NCBI GenBank assembly: GCA_964545675.1
Contig: CAZJGM010000001.1
Coordinates: 2,575 to 66,574, forward strand
Direction: 5' to 3'
Length of the DNA: 64,000 nt
Origin: an uncultured Lachnospiraceae bacterium
Lineage (GTDB): Bacteria; Bacillota; Clostridia; Eubacteriales; Eubacteriaceae
The position numbers and the translations under genes are program-made. Positions 30,901-40,075 of this stretch are shown one piece after another (within the stretch, counting starts at the first letter, position 1; the number at the start of each line of letters is the position of its first letter). Below the pieces are notes generated by a model. It was given only the letters and a program-made list of their open reading frames with translations, did not search any database and was not told the DNA's origin.

Positions 30901-31341
30901 AATGTTAGTAGTTATATACCTGAGCATTATATTCAAGATGAAGAACTTAAGTATGATTTATATAAAAAATTATCCTATATCCATACAAAGGCCGACTACG
31001 ATGACTTAGAAGATGAATTGATCGATCGATTCGGCGAAATTCCCGATGGGGTTTATAATTTAATGGCACTGGCAATGATTAAACATCTGGGCCAAGGGCT
31101 AGGGATGACAGAGATCAAACAGCGTGGTAACAGCGTTAGCTTCACCTTTGATGAGCAAGCAGATATCCCCTTGCCGGGGCCAGAAGGAATTGATCTGCTT
31201 TTTAAAAAGTATAATATTAAATTTAAAGCGGGAAAAAATGACCAGATCAAGTGGCGGATTTATCTTAAAAAAGAAAATGATCAAAGCTACTTAAGAGAGT
31301 TAGCTGATTTGTTAAATTTTTTAAAAGTAAAGAGAACTTAA
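27925..31341 (+). CDS. mfd: Transcription-repair coupling factor
   Basis: RGGIIDVF, GDYVVH..HGIG, MDRLLCGDVGYGKTEVA, DEEQRFGV, SATPIPRT, QLRGRVGRS, DLEIRGAGN. Confidence 0.97.
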   Translation: MMKQVYSNLRETKSLQNLLKAMESYQLINVTNLNKGFKEALTAVLFEQKKGPFLYLSKNDREALGAAQAFEKIFGDRVLYFPLEPLHDYFADVHSREISNQRLMVLKKLLSEENYLLVLGAETLLKKLLPVSAFKELEIKCQVDENLDPMALIEKLIDLGYERNYQAEAKGQFAHRGGIIDVFTPVEELAYRLEFFGDTIESIRLFDPHSQLSMEAVETISISPAAEILLSKEEEKKNLEKLKKKYQNDSLYQPLLEQVTEERGRFLTAKGASLIDYLKQPTIIWDEPTEIKRSIGAYLEKINQDLDLLIKDGKILPDQKKQFFNFSTIDKQANDLLELRYTTFGSRSKKGETVDFAVKDVEPFLGEIPRFLDLMANRILDDYKIMILTLDQEGQKKIKDSLVQADIHRFTSGLEPGVQFIRGELATGFDWAKEKLLCLNEKDIFIQPGRRRKKRQKKGKKIDSFTQLNIGDYVVHDVHGIGIYRGIEQLKIAETIKDLIVIEYAKEAKFYCPVDQMEAISVYVGTGEKKPRINQLGTAEWDRSKARVKQAIEEMADELIDLYAKRKQLRGYAFALDSSWQKEFEEAFPHEETKDQLQAVEEIKRDMESTQPMDRLLCGDVGYGKTEVALRAVFKAVMDSKQVAFLVPTTILAQQHYQTMLDRFKDYPIKVGLLSRFRSRSDQEKILASLAIGEIDCVVGTHRIFSSDVSFKDLGLLIIDEEQRFGVTHKEKIKQMKKNIDVLTLSATPIPRTLHMSMIGVRDMSLIDEPPEGRRPVLTYVLEYNEIIIRDAIEREMNRRGQVYYVHNRINDIYEITAKIRQLVPKARIGVAHGRMSGPELEDVMIAFLNYQYDVLVTTTIIESGLDIKNANTLIVNNGDQMGLSQLYQLRGRVGRSDAQAYAYITHKAKILSDVSKKRLKAIKDFTAFGSGFKIAMRDLEIRGAGNILGAAQSGNLASIGYELYCRILDGAVNERLGKGQVDQAKEIMIHLNVSSYIPEHYIQDEELKYDLYKKLSYIHTKADYDDLEDELIDRFGEIPDGVYNLMALAMIKHLGQGLGMTEIKQRGNSVSFTFDEQADIPLPGPEGIDLLFKKYNIKFKAGKNDQIKWRIYLKKENDQSYLRELADLLNFLKVKRT

Positions 31342-31404
31342 GGAAAATTTGGGAGCTATTGTGTTAAGCTAGCTCAGAAATTATTTAATAAAGAGGAGAT
31401 ATGC

Positions 31405-32895
31405 ATGAAGAAAAAGCAATTATTAACAGGACTAGTAATGGGGATGATTGTCATTGGCTTACTTAGCAGTGCTTGTTCCTTAGTAGGGGTCAACCCTGAA
31501 AAAGAAGGGGCCCAAGTGGTTGCTGAAATTGGTGAGGATACCATTTTAAAAAGTGATTTTAATAATTATATGGCTTATTATAATATGTATTATAAGTCAA
31601 GTGGGATGACCTTTCCGACCGGGGATGAGTTAAAACAGATGAAAACAAATATTTTAGATGACTTGGTCCGAGTTGAGGTCTTGAGTAAAAAAGCCAAAGA
31701 AGATAATTTAAGCCCTGATGAAACAATGACATCTGTCGATGTTGAAACAATGATCAGTAGTTTAAAAACAGCCCTAGGTGATTCGGACTATCAAAAAATT
31801 CTAAATGATTACAATACTAATGACGAATCCTATGCGGGATTTCTGGCCGATTTAACCGATAAAATGGCTTATGCCAGTGTTGTCGAGAAAAACTTTAGGG
31901 CGGCTATAAAAGAAAATCCGCAAGCTGAACTGGATAAGGTTGTCGGCAGCATTGGTGGTGAAGAGGTCACCCGGGACCTTTATAATTTTCAATTGGCAAA
32001 TCAGGAATTGGTTTATTTTTACTCCAATCAACAAGCCATGCCAATCGATGAAGAAAGCATGGAGCCAGTCAATGAAGCAATTTTTAATAAGTTAGCAGAG
32101 AATAAGGTCTTAATGGCCTATGGCCAAGAAAATGATATTACCATTGATGAGGCGGAAGTAAGTGATTATCAATCAGCTCAAGAAGCCTTTATCGCTAATT
32201 TATTTCCCGAAGACGAAAGCTTCCAACAATACCTTGATTCTAAATTTTTAACGGTTGACCAATTTAATACCTTTGTAAAAGAAGAAGCCCGTGTTTCGGC
32301 AACAGCATTAGCAATTCAAAATCAGCTTAAAGAAGACATTGACATTAAAGACAGCGAAATTAAAAGTTATTACGACAAAAATAAAGAAGCCTACGATGAA
32401 AGTAGCGTATCGGCCCAACATATTTTAGCAAATGACCAAGAATTAAGCGATCAGATCTATGAAGAAGCAAAGGATATTAAGACCAAAGAAGCCTTTACGG
32501 CCTTAATTGAAAAGTATAAGGATGTTGAGGGAATCCAAGAGGCGACTGATCTAGGAACCTTTGGTCCTGAGAAAATGGTGGCCGAATTTTCCGATCAAGC
32601 CTTTAGCATGGATGTCAATACCGCTAGTGAGCCAGTTAAAACCGAGTATGGCTACCATATTATTTTTGTCTATGATAAAAATGAAGGGGCGATTCCAAGC
32701 CTAGACGAAAAAGAAGATGAGATTAGAGAATTACTAATCGAACAAAAAACAGCTGAAGCCTTTACTAAACTAGAGGAAAAATTAATGAAAAAAGAAAAGA
32801 TCGACATTGGTGATGTCAACGATCCCTTTGTTAGTTATATTGAAGAATTAAAAACAGAAATGAATGTTAAAATATACACTAATCGGATCAAATAG
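31405..32895 (+). CDS. prsA: PrsA-like foldase lipoprotein (parvulin PPIase) with duplicated SurA-N-like region
   Basis: Signal with SSAC lipobox-like Cys; SAQHIL, DLGTF, MVAEF, PVKTEYGYHII; conserved position after mfd. Confidence 0.8.
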   Translation: MKKKQLLTGLVMGMIVIGLLSSACSLVGVNPEKEGAQVVAEIGEDTILKSDFNNYMAYYNMYYKSSGMTFPTGDELKQMKTNILDDLVRVEVLSKKAKEDNLSPDETMTSVDVETMISSLKTALGDSDYQKILNDYNTNDESYAGFLADLTDKMAYASVVEKNFRAAIKENPQAELDKVVGSIGGEEVTRDLYNFQLANQELVYFYSNQQAMPIDEESMEPVNEAIFNKLAENKVLMAYGQENDITIDEAEVSDYQSAQEAFIANLFPEDESFQQYLDSKFLTVDQFNTFVKEEARVSATALAIQNQLKEDIDIKDSEIKSYYDKNKEAYDESSVSAQHILANDQELSDQIYEEAKDIKTKEAFTALIEKYKDVEGIQEATDLGTFGPEKMVAEFSDQAFSMDVNTASEPVKTEYGYHIIFVYDKNEGAIPSLDEKEDEIRELLIEQKTAEAFTKLEEKLMKKEKIDIGDVNDPFVSYIEELKTEMNVKIYTNRIK

Positions 32896-32922
32896 TTAGT
32901 TTCTAATAGCTTTTTTAAACCA

Positions 32923-32959
32923 GTCTGGCTTAGGAGAGGGCTCCTAAGCCAGACATTTT
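32923..32959 (+). terminator. Strong hairpin between prsA and yabM (terminator or mRNA stabiliser)
   Basis: Perfect 14-bp stem GTCTGGCTTAGGAG-aggg-CTCCTAAGCCAGAC followed by ATTTT. Confidence 0.65.
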
Positions 32960-32997
32960 GAGTGGGCATGACAAATTTAAGGCAAAAGAGGGTCATC

Positions 32998-34596
32998 ATG
33001 GCAGAAGAAAAATCGAATTTCTTAAAAGGTGCCACCATCCTGGCGGCAGCTGGTATTTTATCGAGACTGTTGGGACTTTTTTTCAAAATTCCCCTTTATC
33101 AGATGGTCGGGAGTTATGGCAATGGTATTTATGGCAATGTGACGGCCATTTATAACACCCTTCTAATGGTATCGACCGTCGGGGTTCCGGTGGCCATTTC
33201 AAAAATGGTTTCGGAAAATATCGCCCGGGGCGAATATGAGACAGCCCATCGGGTTTTTAAAGTCTCAATGATAACCCTGATCGGCCTGGGAACAGGGTCG
33301 ACGCTTTTTTTGTTTTTTGGTGCCGGGTGGATTATCGAAACAGCCAATTGGACCTATGAAAGCCTTCCGGCCATGATTGCCATTGCCCCGGCCCCCTTAA
33401 TTATTTCGATTGTCTCGGCCTATCGGGGTTTTTTTCAAGGCTTTCAAATGATGGCCCCAACAGCTTTTTCGCAGATCATTGAACAGGTCGTTCGGGTCTT
33501 ATTAGGGGTTCTCTTGGCTTGGATTTTAAGCAATAGTTTTGGTGTCGGCATGGGAGTCGGAGGTGCTGTCTTTGGGGCAACGGCTGGTGGTTTAGTAGCA
33601 GGAATCCTGCTTTTTACCTTATATCGGCATTTTGTCGGAGCCAATAAAAAGATGCTTAGGCAAAAAAGCAAAAGACGGCAAAAGACCAATCGTCAGCTCT
33701 TTAAACGGTTGATTATTATTGCCATACCGGTAACCCTGACATCAGCCCTAGTGTCGATGTTCTCAACCATTGATTCCTTTATCTATGTCGGCCGATTGGC
33801 TCTGGCCGGAGTCGATGAAGTGACAGCGACAATGATGTTTGGCGACTTTACCAATGCGGAAATTTTAATTAATATTCCCCTAGTTCTCAGTGGGACTTTG
33901 GCGGTCGCCATGATCCCGACAATTTCTGAATCCTTTGCCAAAAGAGACCGGGTCGCTATGAGTCAAAAAATACAGCTATCGATTCGGGTGATTTTACTAA
34001 TCGCCTTTCCCTCTTGTATCGGTTTATCGATTCTTTCAGAGGGGATATTTGATTTATTGTTTCCCGGTTCGCCCTATGGGGCAGCGATCTTACAAACCTT
34101 TGCCTTTACGACGATCTTTATGATGCTTTCCAATATTTTTCAAAGCATGCTTCAAGCCATTGATCGCTTTCGAATCCCTCTTTTTAATCTAGGGATCGCC
34201 ATGGTTCTTCGCTTTATTAGTGGTTGGATCTTTTTAGCCATTCCTTTCTTTAATATTCAAGGGATTGTTCTGAGTACTTTAGTCACCTTTATTTATTTAA
34301 CCATTGCCAATTATGTTGCTGTAAAACGCCATGCAAAGGTTCGAATTCATTGGCTTCATGACTTATTTAAACCGCTCTTATCAGCTCTAGTGATGGGTGT
34401 GGTTACGCACCTAGTCTACCAAAGTGCTGGCTCGGTTTTTGGGGTTTTTTGGGCCTTGATTTTAGCCATTGCCATAGCTGTAATTGTCTATAGTTTTATG
34501 ATGATTATGATAAAGGGAATCAGCGAGGAAGAATTGCGTTATTTCCCAGGAAGTGACAAACTTATTAAAATTTATCAGCGAGTTACTGGCCGTTGA
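32998..34596 (+). CDS. MOP-superfamily flippase (YabM/SpoVB/MurJ-like polysaccharide biosynthesis protein)
   Basis: FLKGATIL, SRLLG, GVPVAISK, YRGFFQG, SQIIEQ, many TM helices; yabM position. Confidence 0.85.
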   Translation: MAEEKSNFLKGATILAAAGILSRLLGLFFKIPLYQMVGSYGNGIYGNVTAIYNTLLMVSTVGVPVAISKMVSENIARGEYETAHRVFKVSMITLIGLGTGSTLFLFFGAGWIIETANWTYESLPAMIAIAPAPLIISIVSAYRGFFQGFQMMAPTAFSQIIEQVVRVLLGVLLAWILSNSFGVGMGVGGAVFGATAGGLVAGILLFTLYRHFVGANKKMLRQKSKRRQKTNRQLFKRLIIIAIPVTLTSALVSMFSTIDSFIYVGRLALAGVDEVTATMMFGDFTNAEILINIPLVLSGTLAVAMIPTISESFAKRDRVAMSQKIQLSIRVILLIAFPSCIGLSILSEGIFDLLFPGSPYGAAILQTFAFTTIFMMLSNIFQSMLQAIDRFRIPLFNLGIAMVLRFISGWIFLAIPFFNIQGIVLSTLVTFIYLTIANYVAVKRHAKVRIHWLHDLFKPLLSALVMGVVTHLVYQSAGSVFGVFWALILAIAIAVIVYSFMMIMIKGISEEELRYFPGSDKLIKIYQRVTGR

Positions 34597-34621
34597 TTTG
34601 TAAAAAAGGAGTAAGTGAGAA

Positions 34622-36115
34622 ATGGTACATATCGATATTGTTGGCCTCGGACCAGGGGACCCTGGCCAGATAACCTTAAAGACCTTGGAATTATTGGAAA
34701 ATCAAAGCTTTAATTATTTTCGGACAGAGATTCACCCGACCCTAGAATTTATTAATACACGCAAGATTCCCTATTGCAGTTTTGATCACTTTTATGAAAG
34801 TGAAGAAAATTTTAAGGCGGTTTATCAAAAAATTGTGGCAACTTTAATTAAGGCATCCTTAAAAAAAGGGGAGATTCTCTACGCCGTCCCGGGAAATCCA
34901 TTATTTGGCGAAGAAACGGTCGTTCTTTTGATCGAAGAGGCTAAAAAAAGAGGGATATCCTATAAAATTCATCCGGGCTTAAGCTTTGTTGATGTTAGCA
35001 TGAATGCCCTTGAGAAAGACCCAATCGATGGCCTTAATCTGTACGATGCCTTTTCATTTACGGCCCATTTATTAGATAATCAACAAGCAAGCCTGATTAC
35101 CCAGGTCTATAATCAGTTTCGGGCGTCTGAACTTAAACTTGAGCTAATGAAGGTGCTAGCACCAGAAACCCAAGTTGTTTTAGTGATTAACGCCGGTATT
35201 CCCGAAAAAGAAATAATCAAGCCAGTCCCCTTATTTGAACTCGACCGAGTGGCCCAGATTAATCATTTAACAAGTCTTTATATTCCCCCACAAAAAAACG
35301 CCTATACCGGTCTGAATGGGACCTTGGCGATTATGGAAAAGTTAAGAGGGGAAAATGGCTGTCCCTGGGACCGAGCCCAGGACCATAAAAGTCTTAAAAG
35401 TTATTTGATCGAAGAAAGTTACGAAGTAGTAGAAGCCATCGACCAAGAGGATGATCAAAATCTATGTGAGGAATTGGGTGATCTTTTTTTTCAGATCGTC
35501 TTTCATGCGGCATTGGCTGAAGAAGCTGGGACCTTTACGATCGATGATGTTTTAACGGGGATTAATGAAAAAATGGTTCGTCGCCATCCCCATGTCTTTG
35601 CAAAAGAAGTAAAAATCGATGCCGGGCAGGTTGATATCAATTGGCAAGCCATTAAGCGGCAAGAAAAGGGCCTTGGGCCGGAAGAAAACGATCAGTTTTA
35701 TCAGATTTCAAAGCAGATGAAAAAAATCCCTAAATTTTTACCGGCTCTTATCGAAGCTCAAAAGGTTCAGATCAAAGCCCAGAAAGTCGGTTTTGATTGG
35801 GAAAACCCCCGGCAGGCATCCTTTAAACTTAAGGAAGAAATAGAGGAAGTGATTGAAGCCATTGACAAAGGAGATTGGCAAAATAGCCAAGAAGAGCTAG
35901 GGGACCTTCTCTTTTCAGTCGTCAATGTGGCTAGGCTTTATGGTTTTTCCTCGGAAACCCTACTTCGCCGGGCGACCCAAAAATTTATTAATCGTTTTGA
36001 AAAAATGGAAGAGCTTGCAAAAGAAGATCAAAAAACAATCGGTCAAGGCAATTTTGAGGAACTAGAGGGCCTCTGGCAGCGTTCAAAAGAGCTAATTTAC
36101 CAAGAAAAGTCCTAA
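34622..36115 (+). CDS. mazG: Tetrapyrrole methylase-MazG nucleoside triphosphate pyrophosphohydrolase (YabN)
   Basis: IVGLGPG, YAVPGNP, LRGENGCPWD, EESYEV, EELGDL, RRHPHVF, KVGFDW. Confidence 0.92.
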   Translation: MVHIDIVGLGPGDPGQITLKTLELLENQSFNYFRTEIHPTLEFINTRKIPYCSFDHFYESEENFKAVYQKIVATLIKASLKKGEILYAVPGNPLFGEETVVLLIEEAKKRGISYKIHPGLSFVDVSMNALEKDPIDGLNLYDAFSFTAHLLDNQQASLITQVYNQFRASELKLELMKVLAPETQVVLVINAGIPEKEIIKPVPLFELDRVAQINHLTSLYIPPQKNAYTGLNGTLAIMEKLRGENGCPWDRAQDHKSLKSYLIEESYEVVEAIDQEDDQNLCEELGDLFFQIVFHAALAEEAGTFTIDDVLTGINEKMVRRHPHVFAKEVKIDAGQVDINWQAIKRQEKGLGPEENDQFYQISKQMKKIPKFLPALIEAQKVQIKAQKVGFDWENPRQASFKLKEEIEEVIEAIDKGDWQNSQEELGDLLFSVVNVARLYGFSSETLLRRATQKFINRFEKMEELAKEDQKTIGQGNFEELEGLWQRSKELIYQEKS

Positions 36116-36130
36116 AAAGATAAAAAATGC

Positions 36131-36160
36131 TTGTAATTATGGGCCTAACATGCTTATAAT
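36131..36160 (+). promoter_or_regulatory. Putative sigma-A promoter of hup
   Basis: TTGTAA-N18-TATAAT. Confidence 0.5.
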
Positions 36161-36202
36161 ATTAAGCATAGAATACTGGAATTATAATGATGGAGGAAAA
36201 AA

Positions 36203-36478
36203 ATGAACAAATCAGAATTAATTGCCCAAATGGCAGAAAAATCAGGTTTATCGAAAAAAGATTCAGAAAAGGCTTTGGCCTCGTTTTTGGATACGGTTGT
36301 TGAAACCTTGAAAAATGGAGACAAGGTGTCTTTAGTCGGATTTGGAACCTTTGAAGTAAGAGACAGAGCTGCTCGAGTTGGTCTTAACCCAAGAACAAAA
36401 GAACCGATCAATATCGCTGCTTCCAAAGCACCTGGCTTTAAAGCAGGTAAAAGCTTTAAAGAAGAAGTTAATGTTTAA
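36203..36478 (+). CDS. hup: DNA-binding protein HU
   Basis: MNKSELI, VSLVGFGTFEV, NPRTKE, FKAGK; GGAGG SD. Confidence 0.96.
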   Translation: MNKSELIAQMAEKSGLSKKDSEKALASFLDTVVETLKNGDKVSLVGFGTFEVRDRAARVGLNPRTKEPINIAASKAPGFKAGKSFKEEVNV

Positions 36479-36487
36479 GGAATAATT

Positions 36488-36516
36488 AAAAAGCCAGGGC
36501 TAAGCTCTGGTTTTTT
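36488..36516 (+). terminator. Rho-independent terminator after hup
   Basis: AAAAAGCCAGGGC-taa-GCTCTGGTTTTTT. Confidence 0.75.
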
Positions 36517-36558
36517 ATTATTTGTAAATTAAGAAGCATGAAATCAAGGTGGAAATAA

Positions 36559-36798
36559 ATGAGAATTGATAAATTTTTAAAAAATGCTCGGCTTATTAAA
36601 AGACGAACCGTTGCCAAAGAAGCCTGTGATGGTAAGCGAATAACCATTAATGGGAAAACGGCCAAGGCGGGAGACCAAGTCCAAGAAAAAGATATTGTCA
36701 GCATTCGCTTTGGTGATAAAGAACAAAAAATTGAAGTCCTTGAATTATTAGACCACGCCCCTAAAGACCGAGCCTTTGATATGTATCGTGAATTATAA
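36559..36798 (+). CDS. yabO: S4-domain RNA-binding protein YabO/RqcP
   Basis: MRIDKFLK..RLIKRRTVAKEACD.KRITING; syntenic position. Confidence 0.9.
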   Translation: MRIDKFLKNARLIKRRTVAKEACDGKRITINGKTAKAGDQVQEKDIVSIRFGDKEQKIEVLELLDHAPKDRAFDMYREL

Positions 36799-36799
36799 A

Positions 36800-36834
36800 T
36801 AAGGGAAGAAAAAATGTAAGGGAAGAAGAAAATG
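36800..36834 (+). repeat. Tandem duplication of SD+ATG upstream of divIC-like gene
   Basis: TAAGGGAAGAAAAAATG followed directly by TAAGGGAAGAAGAAAATG. Confidence 0.7.
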
Positions 36835-37137
36835 AATCCTAAACAAAAAAGAATTCTTCAAAAAAGAATTGCCATTACGCTTTTAATCCTATTGATGGTC
36901 GGGGTGATACTAACCATGTTTGCTAGCAACGGCCTAACCCTTTATAAATTAGAGAAGCAAAAAGCTGAAATCATTCAGGCGATTGAAGATGAAAAGATCA
37001 GAAGCAAGCAATTAGACCAGCAAGTAGAACAGATTGGGACAAAAACTTATGTTGAGTATATTGCCCGTAAATATTTAGGTCTTTATTATCCCGATGAAAC
37101 AATTGTTATCCCAGTGATCGAAGAAGATGGAGGTTAA
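36832..37137 (+). CDS. Septum formation initiator (DivIC/FtsB family)
   Basis: Basic N-terminus, one TM helix, coiled coil, YVEYIARKYLGLYYPDE motif; divIC position. Confidence 0.85.
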   Translation: MNPKQKRILQKRIAITLLILLMVGVILTMFASNGLTLYKLEKQKAEIIQAIEDEKIRSKQLDQQVEQIGTKTYVEYIARKYLGLYYPDETIVIPVIEEDGG

Positions 37138-37138
37138 A

Positions 37139-38098
37139 ATGGATCAACCACAAAACTGTGATCAAGAGCAGATAAAAAAAGTGCCCAATACCTATGCTGT
37201 CATGGACGTTGGGACCAATTCAACCCGTTTGCTTGTTTTTAAAGACGAAAAAGGGAAGCTGGTGCGGATTAATAAATCAGTTCGTTATACGAGAATGGGC
37301 CAAGGCGTTGATCAAACGAAGATGCTTAATCCCGATGCCCAGAAAAGAAATACCGAAGTGCTTGAGGAATTCATGAAAATAGCAAGTGATTATGATGTTA
37401 AGGCCTTTTACCTTTATGGAACCAGTGCCATGAGAGAAGCTGGAAATAGTCGGCAATACCAAGAAGCGGTAAAAGATAGACTGGGCCTTGAGATTAATAT
37501 TATCTCGGGTGAAGAAGAAGCAAGACTGGGTTTTATGGGCGTATCCCAAAGTTTTCATGGGAAGATCTTAATTTTTGATATTGGCGGTGGTAGTACCGAG
37601 TTTATTTTAGGCGAAAATGATAGGATTAGTCAAATGATCAGCCTAAAGATCGGTTGTGTGAAAGCAAGTGAAAAATACTTAGTGACCGACCCACCCACAA
37701 AATCAGAGATTGAGGCTTTAAATAAAGACCTTATTAAAAGCTTACAAGACCAATTAAAAAACATTATCCCGACTGATAACTATGAACTCATTGGCATTGG
37801 TGGAACGGCTACAAGTCTGGCAACCATTAAACAAAAATTAGCGATCTATGACAGTCAAAAGATCCATAATAGTCAGATTACTGGTGATGAGCTTAAAGAA
37901 ATCATCAGCCTCTTAGCTGAGAAGACCATTGCCCAGCGCCAGGAAATTATTGGCCTTGAGGCAAAAAGAGCCGATATTATTTTAGGTGGGGCCCTTATTT
38001 TACTTAATATTTTGCAAGTAACAGGTGATAAGATCTTTACGATATGTGATTACGACAATCTAGAAGGGGCTGGCTACAAGGAATTTATTGCAAAATAA
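37139..38098 (+). CDS. Ppx/GppA family phosphatase
   Basis: DVGTNSTRL, TSAMREA, ISGEEEA, DIGGGSTE, GIGGT, RADII; GGAGG SD before ATG 37139. Confidence 0.9.
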   Translation: MDQPQNCDQEQIKKVPNTYAVMDVGTNSTRLLVFKDEKGKLVRINKSVRYTRMGQGVDQTKMLNPDAQKRNTEVLEEFMKIASDYDVKAFYLYGTSAMREAGNSRQYQEAVKDRLGLEINIISGEEEARLGFMGVSQSFHGKILIFDIGGGSTEFILGENDRISQMISLKIGCVKASEKYLVTDPPTKSEIEALNKDLIKSLQDQLKNIIPTDNYELIGIGGTATSLATIKQKLAIYDSQKIHNSQITGDELKEIISLLAEKTIAQRQEIIGLEAKRADIILGGALILLNILQVTGDKIFTICDYDNLEGAGYKEFIAK

Positions 38099-38113
38099 AA
38101 ATTAAAAAAGGTC

Positions 38114-38142
38114 TTGACTTTACTTGGCTAAACCCCTATAAT
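38114..38142 (+). promoter_or_regulatory. Sigma-A promoter of tRNA operon
   Basis: TTGACT-N17-TATAAT with A-rich UP-like tract upstream. Confidence 0.85.
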
Positions 38143-38180
38143 AATAGTTGTCCCTCGAACGAGAGAGACATCGGGAAAAT

Positions 38181-38269
38181 GCCGGAGTGGCGGAAATGGT
38201 AGACGCACAGGACTTAAAATCCTGCGATCCTTAACGATCGTATCGGTTCAATTCCGATCTTCGGCACCA
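38181..38269 (+). tRNA. tRNA-Leu(TAA)
   Basis: GCCGGAG/CTTCGGC acceptor stem, CAGGA-CTTAAAA-TCCTG anticodon arm, long variable arm, encoded CCA. Confidence 0.95.
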
Positions 38270-38279
38270 ATTTTAATAA

Positions 38280-38356
<77 letters not shown>

Positions 38357-38375
38357 ATACAAAACTTTTTTTTTT

Positions 38376-38452
38376 GGCGGCGTAGCTCAGTTGGCTAGAG
38401 CATACGGTTCATACCCGTAGTGTCAGCGGTTCGACTCCGTTCGCCGCTACCA
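38376..38452 (+). tRNA. tRNA-Met(CAT), elongator
   Basis: GGCGGCG acceptor stem, TACGG-TTCATAC-CCGTA arm typical of Firmicute elongator Met, CCA end. Confidence 0.9.
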
Positions 38453-38467
38453 TAACAGCTTTTCATT

Positions 38468-38542
38468 GGCCCCTTGGTCAAGCGGTTAAGACACCGCCCT
38501 TTCACGGCGGGATCAGGAGTTCGATTCTCCTAGGGGTCACCA
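38468..38542 (+). tRNA. tRNA-Glu(TTC)
   Basis: GGCCCCT acceptor, CCGCC-CTTTCAC-GGCGG arm, CCA end. Confidence 0.95.
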
Positions 38543-38561
38543 TTACCTATAAACTTTTTGT

Positions 38562-38637
38562 GGTCGCATAGCTCAGCTGGGAGAGCACCTGCCTTACAAG
38601 CAGGGGGTCACAGGTTCGAGCCCTGTTGCGACCACCA
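38562..38637 (+). tRNA. tRNA-Val(TAC)
   Basis: GGTCGCA/TGCGACC acceptor, CCTGC-CTTACAA-GCAGG arm, CCA end. Confidence 0.95.
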
Positions 38638-38668
38638 TTTTTTTTTAAATTCATAAAGTGGTGTTACC

Positions 38669-40066
38669 ATGGAGAAAAGGCTACTAAAGTATATAATTGA
38701 GCATCAGATGATAATAGCTGGCGATCGCGTGCTTATCGGAGTATCCGGTGGGGCTGATTCGCTGGCTTTGTTGTATTTTTTGGATAAATTTAAAGGTCAA
38801 TTGGGCATTGAAATTGGGGCCGCTCATTTGCATCATCAGCTTCGTGGCCTTGAGGCCGATGCTGATCAAGCCTTTGTCAGGGAATTTTGCCGTGAGCGGC
38901 AGATTCCATTTTTTTCAATTAAAAAGAATATTAGGGCCATTGCCAAAGAGCAAAAAATTTCAATTGAAGTAGCCGGCCGTTATCAGCGGCATTCTTTTTT
39001 TAAGGCCTTGGCCAGAGAAAAAGACTTTAATCGCATAGCCCTTGGCCACCATCTCAATGATCAAGCGGAAACCGTCTTGATGCGTTTGATTCGCGGAAGT
39101 GGCATTAAAGGGCTTGTAGGCATGGCAGCCAAGCGAGATTCTTTATTAATTCGGCCACTTTTAATGGTAGAAAAAAAAGACTTGATTGCCTATTGCAAAG
39201 AAAACAAGGTCTCCTTTCGGACCGATGCCAGTAATTTTGAGAGGGCTTATACCCGTAATAAAATAAGGCTTGAAATTATGCCAGCGATTCTTAAAATAAA
39301 TCCTCAGGCAGACCGACATTTTGTTGAATTTGCCCAAATTGCTGGCGATTACCAAGCCTTTTTAGACGATTATGTTGATAAGATTGAAGATAAACTCCTG
39401 CACAAGGAAGATGGGGTTATTTATTTAGACCGATTAAGGTGGCTAAAGGAAAAATCAATCGTCCAGGCAGAGCTGCTTAGACGCGGAATTCGTCGATTTA
39501 AGGGTAGTTTAAAGGAAATTGAGTACAATCATATCGTTGCCCTTCAAGACTTATTAACAAGTGAAAAAACATGTGGTGAAATCCACTTGCCACAAGCTAT
39601 TAAGGTGGTTAGGCGTTATGATCGGGTAAAAATAGGACAGCAAGTTAAGCCTTCTTCAGCTTTCTATTCGCCTCATTTGATTATTCCCGGTAAAACCTAT
39701 ATAATAGCATTCTTCAGACTCATTTTAGAAGTAGAACGACTAGAGGGTCAGTATTTAGAAAAAAAGAATTCTTTAAATCATAAAAATGATAGTGAAAAAT
39801 ATTTTGATTATGATAAAATGAGTGGAGATCTTTATTTAAGGAATCGACAAACAGGTGATTTTTTTTACCCACCGGGCTTATCAGGAAAAAAGACCATTAA
39901 AAAATTTCTGATTGACCAAAAAGTTGAACGGGAGAAAAGAGACTTAATCCCCTTATTGGCGGTTGGAAATGAACTTTTATGGCTGATTGGTTATGGGATT
40001 AATGAACGATTGCTGATTGATGAAACGAGCAAAAATATACTAAGAATAAAAATTAGATTGTGTTAG
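38669..40066 (+). CDS. tilS: tRNA(Ile)-lysidine synthase
   Basis: PP-loop VSGGADS, HHQLRG, GHHLNDQAET, IRPLL, DASN, RNKIR. Confidence 0.94.
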   Translation: MEKRLLKYIIEHQMIIAGDRVLIGVSGGADSLALLYFLDKFKGQLGIEIGAAHLHHQLRGLEADADQAFVREFCRERQIPFFSIKKNIRAIAKEQKISIEVAGRYQRHSFFKALAREKDFNRIALGHHLNDQAETVLMRLIRGSGIKGLVGMAAKRDSLLIRPLLMVEKKDLIAYCKENKVSFRTDASNFERAYTRNKIRLEIMPAILKINPQADRHFVEFAQIAGDYQAFLDDYVDKIEDKLLHKEDGVIYLDRLRWLKEKSIVQAELLRRGIRRFKGSLKEIEYNHIVALQDLLTSEKTCGEIHLPQAIKVVRRYDRVKIGQQVKPSSAFYSPHLIIPGKTYIIAFFRLILEVERLEGQYLEKKNSLNHKNDSEKYFDYDKMSGDLYLRNRQTGDFFYPPGLSGKKTIKKFLIDQKVEREKRDLIPLLAVGNELLWLIGYGINERLLIDETSKNILRIKIRLC

Positions 40067-40075
40067 GAGAAAAGA

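Noticed and set aside
38376..38452. tRNA-Ile2(CAT), suggested by proximity to tilS
   Set aside because: Acceptor stem and TTCATAC loop match the Firmicute elongator tRNA-Met type rather than Ile2
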